A DNA stretch of 64,000 nucleotides from Perna viridis. Its lineage: Eukaryota. The stretch lies in assembly GCA_037379345.1 (NCBI GenBank), contig CM074515.1, forward strand, positions 8,680,001-8,744,000, given 5' to 3'. Below, in pieces: positions 1 to 10,651 of this stretch (its first letter is position 1; each line of letters begins with the position of its first letter). Position numbers and translations under genes: made by a program. Under the pieces are notes generated by a model. The model did not search any database, was not told where the DNA came from, and was given only the letters and a program-made list of their open reading frames with translations.

Positions 1-640
1 TGACATTATATTTAAAATACGTTTACAGGAAGGTCTTTATTGTTTTACTTCCCCTCCAGGTAATCCTTTGTTAGTATGTCATGTAACTACAAGAAGAGCT
101 GCTGCAGTACATGGTTATGATATAAACTTAAATCAATATTTGTTGTAGTTATTTTAATCAAGGCAGGGTTAAAACAATTAGTGGTATGTCATGTACATGG
201 ATTATAAACTTACTAGAATATGCTGTACTTTAATATGTTAAAAAGTGCTCTAGTTCAACTAATAACATTTTATTTGCCATTAACAGAACAGATATTAATG
301 CAGACAAAAGAAGCATTACTATAAGCATAGTTTTCAGAAGGATATCCAACTCCTCAATGTCATTTTGGTTCACATTAGAAAAAAGAACTGCTATATTGAA
401 ATGTAACAAAAGCATTGCAGTGATATTGTTGGACTTTTTCAAAACTATCTCATCATTTTTTTTCATTGGGAAAATATGTGTCCTTTTTTTGTTAAATTTG
501 GTGTTTTGAAAAACCCTGAATCTGTAGTCAAAATGAATAATTCTATAGAAGATGTCAAGACAAAGATAATCATCAACAAAACAGAAACACCATTCCTACC
601 ATTCCACTATCAATACGGAAAAGTTAACCTTATGTGGATT

Positions 641-818
641 TACTGTAAATGTATTAATTTTCGCTATTTTCGCAGTGGACAGAAAACCGTGAAAAATAGT
701 ACCCATGAAATTAATTTTTAACACTAAATAACGCCAAACCTTTTTTGAAATCATGAAAACTGATACCCACAAATATGTTCCCTTGACAGAATTCATGGAA
801 ATTAATATGTTTACAGTA
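641..818. mobile_element. Tc1/mariner-type MITE
   Basis: TACTGTAAATGTATTAATTT at 641 and AAATTAATATGTTTACAGTA ending at 818 form a 20-bp inverted repeat with 2 mismatches, with TA at both ends. Confidence 0.65.
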
Positions 819-3800
819 TTTTAGAGCCATTTTTTCAAATTGGGAAATTATTAAAATAAACCAAGTCCTTGGTAAACAGGAAGGACATGTAGCTGAACTT
901 TTCCAAAAACGGATCCCACCATATAGCATACCTACAGGAAGAATGTGTTAAAATTTCAAGACACAGAAAAATCTGTGATGGAAACCTGGACAAAGGTATA
1001 ACAGTATACCCTTCAGAGCAGGGTATAATTAGAATGGCTCAAAAAAGGATATCAACCCTTTGGAATTGAAGACACAAATCGGGTACAGGCTACTCTAATA
1101 GAAACACTCAAATACAAATATTTCATAAAAAAAAAAATTTGGGATTCAGGATTAAATAAGTATGATTGAGGAACAGGCAGATAGACATCCTGATCACTAC
1201 ATACTGCCCTGCTTTGAAGTGAGAAAGTGGAAAACACATAATTGTGTGGTCAAGGTTATTTGTCAAAATAACTAGCTTCATGTACAGTCAATGCTCAAAG
1301 TGTACCCAAATCTATGATACAGGTTATTAAATTGGAGTCAAGTACTACAGTTTTTATAAAAGTTAACTTGAGCCATTTAAAAAAAATCTAGTTTTTCTAA
1401 GTGACAAAAGAATGTCCTCTTGCAAAATATTTTGAAATTGTCATGACTTTCAGTGAACATCAGGTACTATAAATAGCAACACAGGTAAACTTGTTTTCAA
1501 TTACAAATACATGTAAGATATTTATGAGTAAGTCAATAAACTTGCTTCAAATCTTAAATTTTTAAACACATGTTATCAGTATCAACAGTGTACATGTATC
1601 AATGATAAACAATTTAAGTTAATAGAAACTTAAGTTTAGAATTCAAGGGACATAAGGTCTCTGAACTTTCAAGCATACATACATGTATACAAGACTAAAA
1701 ATGTGCCAATAGTCAGCTTCTCAATTACTTAACAAATAAAAAGGGGAGTGTCTAACTGTGCCTTCTGTGTAAAATGTACATACATGTACATGGATACAAT
1801 AAATAATGTCATTCCATTTTACTCACAAGAACATGATAAATAATTGTCATGATCAGTGGTTCCTCAAAACCCATCCTAACATAAAATCAATGATACTGTT
1901 GTAACATGTACATGTACTGTCTTGAAATGCTGCTAAGTCAAAAGTACATTCAGTTAAATTATTACATGTACATGATTTACACAAAAAAATACTGTGAATA
2001 AGCTAACAAATGGGATAACCCCTACCCCTACCCCATATCTAATAGAATTAAATGTTAATTACTAAACCCCATAAAATGGATTTTTCACTTTGGAGTTTAT
2101 AACAATAATTATATTCCTACATGGAAATCTACATGCAGTTGTACAGTATGATACTTAACCTTTTTTCATAAAATATCCTTGAATGCTTTAGGAAAAGTTG
2201 CACTTGTAAGGTTTTAACATGTAAAATCTGAAGTATAATTATCACCCTTTAGAGACCTTGAACAATAATACATGTATATTCCTTCATGCATGTCTACATA
2301 TGATGGCCAACCTTCCTAAAATATTTCTTCAAAATCTCTTGAACAATTTAGGAGAAGTTATGCTTACAGCAAATGTGGACAAACCAATAAAGCAAATCAA
2401 ACAATTTTTTTTTTTCTATAGAAAGTATATATAGATATATCTTTTTCAAATCCTTACATGATGGAGATCCATGACAATGATAGTTTTTTTCTTTTATAAT
2501 TAGTCATAATTCATAGACATCTGTAACATAGATAAAATCAGTTTCCTTTCCAAAATTAACTAAAAAAAAAAAGGTTTAAAACTGCTATATAAAGTAAGCA
2601 GGCAGTGTTCTAAATTAAGAGTCCACTTTTTTGCTTTTTTTGGGCATTGAGGGGTTTCATCATTGTTCATTAAAGACTAATGGATGGCCTTGGGTTGACA
2701 TTTTAATACTGATGGGGTTGTTGTCTCATTGACATATTCACCATAACTATTTTTGTTATACTGTGAAGATAAAGAGGGGTAAAATGTATAAATTATGCAT
2801 TTTAGAGAAAGTCAGCTGGTACAGAGGGGAGAACCCAATCTGGCAAGAACACGAATCTGCAGATAATTTAAAGCATGTATTTTATATATCTTTATCTTCA
2901 TAATATAATGAGAAGAAACTTTTCATGGTCACCATCTAAAAACCGATAGTTCACAATTGGGAATGAAAAAAAAAATTTTTTAAGTTTACCATTACAAGTA
3001 TTGCATCTATCTACTACACATGTACAGATGCAGTACTAACCAATTCCAATATTTTCACTTTTTTTTTGGTGGGTCAATTTTGTGTACTAAACAATGCACC
3101 TCAATTGCATCTGTTCAGCTTACATAAACTGGGTCCTTTGAATGAGTCAGTGTTCAAGGAGTAGGACTCCAGTCACCAAAGGCCGGTGAAATTCTAGTGA
3201 GGGAAAGTCAATAATCATGTTCTATTTCCTTTAAGAAACTTTTGAAAGGAATTGTTGAGTTTGGGAAGCAGAAACTGGTGTAAGAGAATTAACTTTCATT
3301 AAAAGCTTTCTGTGAAAATCTAAAATTGTCTTAAATCCCGTAAATCTGTCCCTCATTCTCTGCTCTTTTATTTTCAATATTGTAAACATCAGAAAAATCA
3401 TTGAACAATTCATGAAGGCACGTAGCTACATGTAATTCCAAAAATCCTAAAACTTGTACAAGCTATCACATAGGAACATAGTGAAATAGAATTCACAAAG
3501 CTTCTGAATAATCAACATATCAGGGGATGGACCCCAAGAAATATATAAATGGAAAAGCCATCATTTGCTCATTTTTGCACAATGCTAAAGAACAAAATTT
3601 TCCTTCCCTGGACTAACCGCTGTATAATGCAGCAAGGATTTGTGTATTATAGTCTTCAAATTTAGGTGGTAGTCCAATGCCCGAGGTGTGTAAAATACAA
3701 CTCTGGCCTGTCAATTGTCCTTTGGTACACGCCCACTGGACATGTGTGACAAATTAGGTGTTGATTTTGCTTTTTTCCTTTAGTTTCTCAGAAAAAGTCC

Positions 3801-4254
3801 AGAAACTATTTTATCCAAGTACAATACATTTCATTTTCATCTTTGTGCCAAGTTTGTGAATTTGTTCACGCTACATGAACTAGTCGTATGTCTGGAAATA
3901 TGTTTTGTAGAAATGAATGTTACAAACCTTGAACCAGACCTAATTAAGTGTGATCATATTAAGGTTTGAAATAATGATGAATTAGTATGTGTATCTATAG
4001 AAAAAAAACCAGACACAACCACATGTGAAAATGAGCTTTCTATGCTTGGTAGAAGGTGCTAAACAGGGTAAAAAAAAACAGATATGTTTGCTTTTATTTC
4101 AGATTGCTTTAAAAGTTACTTGAAAATTCTGGGCCTGTAGATTTACATTCAGGCCTGTAAAATTTTGAAGTACAGGCCCAGACTGTATTATATAAAATAA
4201 AATGCTTCACTGGGTACATTTTAATACTACATAGACTGAACCCTAACATTAATG

Positions 4255-4630
4255 AAAATCCTTATTTCCTGTCCTTTTTTGGCCCCTAATTCCTAAACCA
4301 AACACGATCCCAGGTTTCCATTTGAGATACACTACCTTTGTGGTAAAATTTCATATCCAATTATATTAATTCACTTTAAGTCAAGTTATTGTCTGGATAT
4401 CATGAAAATGCTAGTTTCTGACCCATTTTGGGTCCGGCGTTCTTAACCCCTAATCAATCCCAGCCTTCCCTCTGTGGTATGGTAGCTTGTGATGTCATTT
4501 CATAATAGTCCATAAAATTACATTGTATACTCAAGTTATTGTCTGGAAACCAAATTGTCTATGGACGCACGAAGATGATGACAGCATGATACCATTATAC
4601 CACCACAATTTATGCAGTTGTATAGACAAG
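4255..4630 (-). mobile_element. Helentron/HINE-like non-autonomous element fragment (family shared with 37935-38805 and 47690-47945)
   Basis: Shared internal repeat (GGCCCCTAATTCCTAAA, AAGTTATTGTCTGG) and a GAC/GAT-type microsatellite end, matching the reverse complement of 37935-38805. Confidence 0.5.
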
Positions 4631-5075
4631 AAACTGTAAACCATATAAGTATGTGCAAGATATAAAGTTCAAGGTTGTCTTACATCCCTGGACAAGTAAA
4701 ACTACCATTCGGGCAAGTAAGAGTTACATGTATGTCCTACATTCTAAGACAAGTAAAAGTACCATTTGGGCAAGTAAAAGTTAAATTATACTTGCCTGGA
4801 GAACAATCAAATCTCATTCATTTTTAAACATGTATTTACTTAAGGGCAATCAGGTGCAGATCCAAGGACTGGCATGCCAGGCGACCCCCTCCTTATTGGT
4901 AAGAAAAAAATTTTTCACCACAAGTTTCACCTCATAATATTTTTTGCCTTGCTTTGCATGGCATTTAATTCAATTAACGCCCCCCCCCCCCCCAACACAC
5001 AATCTAGATTTCAATTAAGGCAAATAGGATTTTCATAAACTTGCCCAATAGGACACGATTTTTCAAATGTTAACC

Positions 5076-6484
5076 TCATACCCTGATGCGATCAAACAAC
5101 AGCAACAAGAGTGATCTAAGTGTAGTTGAGTCTTTAAGACTCTTCAGGATACCATTACCAACTGGGTCACTGCTTATACCTGACGTCCCTAGGTCAACAA
5201 CAATAGCTTTATAGGATCTAACTATGCTGGAAACTGCTTGGTCATGGGATAACCATCTGTGGTGTTTGGCTTGTTTAATGCTCAGTGGTGTTTGGTTAAA
5301 GGCAGCTTGAACCAATTTCAGACTGGCTGTATGGACGCAACTATACTTATAATACTTGTAGATTTTTTCTAATGTTTCATCGGTTTTCCTTCATGACTGG
5401 TATGAAGTTGAAGCTATCTCTAAAGGCTAGTGCAAGTTGATGGTCTCTGCAGTGGTTTGTGATTAAGGATGGGTTGCTGTCTTTTATTTTTTTGGCTATG
5501 AAATCCAGATATGAATTTTATAAATTTTAACTATGGAGAAAATTCCATGGAGAAGTAAAATTATTTCCAAATCAGCTTCCGATCTCTGTATGAATACACG
5601 TTATTCGTCATTGTCTATATTGTAATTAATTTTGTTTGCACAACGTTCGAAACTTTCATAAATATTTAATCCAATAAATAATAATTAAATCTTTTAAAAT
5701 CTAACCAGCAGTGAGTTTTTATAAGTTATTTTAAGAATTCTATTTTTAGTCATGTCATAGGTCACGATAAAATCATGTCAGCTGCCGTACTGGTTCAAAC
5801 AAGCAATCGAACTTTTAAAATTATGTATTTTTTAAAACTTTTGTTCGAAAATTTAATGTCATCAGTACATGGTCACATAAATATTTTATTTGAAAAAAAA
5901 ATTATAAAATGACTGGTACCGAGTTGAGTGTTGTGTTGAAGAACGATCTGATAAATACGTTCGTCTTTGCAGCTTTCTGCTTGTCACTGGCAAGTTGAGC
6001 TAAACGTCGTTTCTGCGAAGGCATAGATAGTGGTTTATGAATAACTAAAAACTGACTCAAAACGCACGTTATATACATTTATCAGCTGTGACACAGAGTA
6101 GTCTTGTCGAGATCAATTATGCCACCCAAGCGGCGGGCACGTGCTGAGGTTTTCATAAACTAATTTTGTTAATCAATTACACAAAACAAAAGGTAAATTG
6201 TAACTGATATCTGGTAATTAACACATTTGAAGTTTAATCTACACTAATTGATTTTAATGACATGACTGTATTCTCTAGGTAAACTTCAGGTACGTGTCAT
6301 GACTGTAGTTGTAATATTTATGACAGGAAATCGATCAATCATGCAAAAAAAACCACCTGTTCAGAGCTTACCGTTGCAAAAAAAAAAGGCCCAAGGGCGT
6401 ATCAGAAAAGTCGTAAGGGCAGAAGGGCGCGTGTAAGGGCATCAAGGGCACGGCGCCATTCTATTTCGGGCTACGGAGACCATT
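5076..6484 (-). mobile_element. Decayed hAT transposon (ZNF862-like transposase fragment plus one terminus) in RANBP9/10 intron 2
   Basis: Minus strand about 5490-5410 reads KIKDSNPSLITNHCRDHQLALAFRDSF (hAT CxxH motif). 5315-5076 reads ...HHRWLSHDQAVSSIVRSYKAIV... (conserved RW). A probable terminus CAATGGTCTCCGTAGCCCG lies at about 6484, with clustered AAGGGC subterminal repeats at 6393-6450. The other terminus was not identified. Confidence 0.7.
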
Positions 6485-6824
6485 GCATCAAACATAGCTC
6501 TGAAACTTTGCTTTATATATCATGATGTGTCATTCAACAAAACTGCATGTTCCAAGTTTGAAAAAAATATTTTAAAACTTCAATTTTGCACACAAAGAAA
6601 AAAAAACCAAACAAAACAAAAAAAAATCCAAAGTGTAAACAACATATTTTAAGATAAATCTATAACTTTCAAAATTCAGATTTAAAGATTAAAATTCAGA
6701 TATTTATTATCTAAATGTATTAAGGATGGCAAATGGGCATTGATTTTCTTCCAATTTTGATAAATTGTGGTACATGTAGTTTATGCTGTGGCCCAGCTTA
6801 ATACCAACATCAATAATCATAAAA

Positions 6825-8431
6825 CAGGGTTCTCACTAGGATTTTTACATGGTGAATCCTTGGATTCATCACTTTTAAGAAAGGTGAGTCCCAGATGAAC
6901 TTGGTGGGTCCCACCCTTTTCCTGGTTTAAAACCAGTTTGAATGCTACATTTATTATTTTAGTGCATACAAAGTATTACATATATGTATGTACAATCATA
7001 CAAAACCATATCTCACTGCAATTATGCATGTCATCCATATTAAATTGTGTACAGTAAACTCCGCATCTTTTTTTTAATTTGAAAACTAACTTATTATGTT
7101 TGCTGGTTTCATGACATAATGTGTATTTAGTTCCATGAACCTACATGTTAATACTAACATATCTGCCAACTCTCGAAAATTACACATGGGGGGGTTTATG
7201 CTGAAAAATGTGTGAACCAATATATTCGGGACATATTTTGCAAATTGCATGGGTTTTACCGTAGTAATGTATGAATGAGACAATCTCAATAGCATTACAG
7301 TGCCTTTTTCAGTTGAACAACATATGCATGCACTGTAATTGAATGAAGCTTGTAAGTCCCTTTTTCTGTTGGATTCCTCCAAACCTAATTAAAATTTCTA
7401 AGTTTTATCAAATTAAAAAAAATAAATAAATGAAAAAACTTTCAATTACTTTCGAATTCAATTCTACCATACAGGAATACATTGAACAAATCTTTCCTTC
7501 ATCCCATTGATGAAAGGGGGTTAGTATTCAAGTTTTAAAATTGAAGAATGATTGTAGTCAGTTTATTAAACTTGGGTACTGTTCCAATATGATGCTGCTT
7601 AATTACCAGAGTAAGTGGAAGGAAACTTGGCCAACCATTACTTTTCATTAAATGTATACCATGAGGTGCAGTATATGTGGAAATGTAACAAATATTCAAG
7701 AATGCTTATACTGAATTTAAAAAATCTCACAATTTTAGAGGAATAGTATTTCTTTTAAATATTGCAAATAAAATTTATGGAAAAAATGCTGCACTGTTGA
7801 ATTTACAGGAAATATTAAGACTGCAGGGGAGGTAACTCATTTTGTATTAACAGTGATAATTTTAAAATTTGTTAACACGTGTGGTTCTACCATTTTGAGA
7901 CCTGTTAAAATGACAGTATTGTCTCATTAATTGTGGAGAAGAAATTAATCTTTAGAAAATGATTGGTTCACAAAATAGTGGTATATACAACCAGGATTCA
8001 TTTTTCTAATTGTCAAAACCTAGTCAGCTGATTGTTCCTTGGAGATTATTTGTCTGTCATAAAATGTACCCATAACTGTTTAGACAGCAATTAACACCTT
8101 TTGTCATATTTATGACTCTTCTTATTCAAGAAATCAGATTGAAATTATTTGTCACCATTTTTTATCATATACTTTGTAACTAAATTTTGTTTTGTAAAAA
8201 AATCACATGATGAACATCATGTGTAATTAACTTTGTAAACTTCCGGTTGTCCGTTGTTGTAAAAAACCAGTTTTTCAACGATATTTAGGATAGTTTGAAC
8301 GATTTATAAATAAATTACTGATGTTAGGATGCAGCTGATGTTGTGAAGACGCGTCTTGTGGACGCTCGATGTTTTAACCTGGTGCGTCCAGCAACTTTTT
8401 CTTGCGTGTACGCGCCTTAATAAGAACCCTG
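6825..8431. mobile_element. Non-autonomous hAT-like DNA transposon, about 1.6 kb
   Basis: TIRs CAGGGTTCTCACTAGG and CCTTAATAAGAACCCTG, flanked on both sides by ATAAAA (6819-6824 and 8432-8437), a possible 6-bp TSD. Confidence 0.6.
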
Positions 8432-8536
8432 ATAAAATATTGAAGTTTTCGTTAAAATCTGGTTATTATTCTATAATAAATGCCTGCTTGCCCTGGAATA
8501 GATGTTATAGGTTACAAAATATGTGCACCTCCAAAC

Positions 8537-9210
8537 AACAAGAGGCTCCCAGGAGCCTGAATTGCTCACCTGGTTGAATTTTGTTTTTCAAGTGCAGTAA
8601 ATTTAAGAAGAAACTTTATCACAGTTATCAAGATATTAGCTGAAAACTAAAAAAACACCTGTCATTTTTCCCTTTTCAAGGGCAATAACTCTTACAAGGA
8701 ATCGTCTGACAACATTTTTCCCTGAAGACATTTGTAGTCCTAATAATATGGATCATTTCAGCTACTAAAAGAATTTGGCTAACCCTAACAGTTTTCGGGA
8801 TATTATATGTGAAAAACTACTGTCTGACCCTATGTTTTATTTTTAGTTACAGCGGCCATGTTTTTTTGACAGATCAAAAATCCCTACATCATTTCTATGC
8901 AGGATACCCCAAGGTACATTCATACCAAGTTTGGTTCCAATTGGTAAAGTAGTGTCAGCGAAGATTTTAAAAAGAAATAACAAAAAATAGCAAAAAATGT
9001 TGAAAAAGGGCAATAACTCCAACATGGCTTAACAGATTACAATGAAAATTTGACCATAGATAGATCTCATCATGCTGAAAACTTTAACCCAGTCAGAATT
9101 TAGCTCAACCTAACAATTTTAGAGATATATGCCAAAAACTACTGTCTGACACCTATGTTCTATTTTTAGTACAGCTGCCATGTTTTTCTACAAAACAAAA
9201 ATCCCCAAAT
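8537..9210 (+). mobile_element. Helentron/HINE-like element, 3'-truncated copy of 56523-57350
   Basis: Starts AACAAGAGGCTCCCAGGAGCCTGAATTGCTCACCTG. Internal unit of about 320 bp (AAAAACTACTGTCTGAC at about 8813 and 9133). Closely matches 56523-57350. Confidence 0.7.
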
Positions 9211-9229
9211 CGGTTATATGAAAGAGTGA

Positions 9230-9755
9230 TCAATGGAACCAAGGTTATAGCGGCAATCAAAAGAATGTAATCCAGGGACAAAGACCAGACCTGCAAAACT
9301 GACATACACAACAAAGAACATAAGTAACTAAATCATACATACAAAGTAACAAAAGCAAATGAGCAACTCGGACTCCACTAAAACCTGGGAGCATGGACCA
9401 GGTGCACCGGTAGGGTAAGCGTCCTCTGTTTTTCTAGAAACATCCGCCAAGTTGCTCTTAAAAAAAAGGTCTGGGGTAGACAAACAAGGAAAGGAAAACT
9501 ATGACCCGTTGAATAAATCAGTTTTCATAGTGCAGATGGATACACACCATAACGATCCTAGAGTTCATGATGACGACCAGAAAACTTCTGTAGTGATGAC
9601 TTTAATCTTGTAGCAACATAACCCTGTTCCAGAAGCCTATTTGTTAGAGTTCTAGCATGTTACAAAAAGTCTGTGTAGTTTCGGAAAGCTCAGGCATAAT
9701 GTATGAATTGTGATATGAACACTCCATATGCAGGTGCTGAAGGGATGTTGTCACA
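9230..9755 (-). mobile_element. Penelope-like retroelement 3' fragment (RT C-terminus plus 3' UTR), Naiad/Chlamys-like
   Basis: Minus translation gives CDNIPSAPAYGVFISQFIHYA...LTNRLLEQGYVATRLKSSLQKFSGRHHEL*. No C-terminal GIY-YIG domain is seen. It is followed by a 3' region containing GCTTACCCTACCGGTGCACCTG. Confidence 0.7.
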
Positions 9756-10511
9756 GAGGAAACCACCGCTCGCCAGCTTGACAAATATGAGTAGATGTGT
9801 ATTTCGGCAAGTTCTCATTAGCTTACACTCGTCAATTTAGCAACCATCATTTGATTGGCAAGTTCCAAGGAAAGTTAACCAGCCAACAAGTTATTTAGTA
9901 AAACATCCCTTACCATCATACATTAAAAATATGTTCCCTACATTTTAAGAAGTTTATCTTGAATATGTCAAGTAAATTTTGGCATGATATGCACGATTTA
10001 ATTGACTTGTAAAGCATTGTTTACAATCTGCCATTTTAATTTCCGGTAAACAGGATGTGCCAAAACCTATGCGACGGTCCCGATCTCGTATTAGTATCCA
10101 AACGAAATTTGGTAATTTAAGATTTGTTACCTTGCAAATTAGTTGTTTCTTGTCAAAATAAAAAAGAACAAGAAGCAAATGATAAACATTTTCTTGTTTC
10201 ATAATGATGAATCTGTTGTAATATATGAGATCAGAAATGGAGTCCTTATTTTGTTACTGTAAAGTACATGAAAAACTTCAATGGGAGGGAATATTTGAAA
10301 ATTGAAAAGTTTTTGATACATTAAAAAACAAATGAAAAGATAGGTAAAGAAAGAAAAAGAAAGGCAGAAGATAGTCAAATCCAAGAGAAAACAGATGATA
10401 GTATAGAAAAAAAAATAAAAAAATTTGGCTATTTGAATTTCTACTTGGCTAGCAAGATCAATATTCCACTAGCCAAAATGGTAATTGGGGAAAAAATGGT
10501 TTCCTACACTG
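9752..10511. mobile_element. Probable MITE abutting the Penelope fragment
   Basis: Imperfect inverted termini CACAGAGGAAACCA and TGGTTTCCTACACTG with GCTAG/CTAGCC subterminal motifs. No clear TSD. Confidence 0.35.
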
Positions 10512-10651
10512 CTATGGGTAGATTACTGTGTTAAGATATTTAGCAAAGTGTTCAGGATTTACTATTCACATTAGTGAAATTGTAAATGAAAATAATTTGT
10601 GTAGTTATGTTAACAAACTGACACTAAACTATGTAATTAATGAGTAATTAC

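Noticed and set aside
1-10651. RANBP9/10 exon 3 (YMGIGLS...RLPG) or another host gene in this interval
   Set aside because: No matching frame with splice sites was found by eye. The region appears to be intron filled with mobile-element debris.
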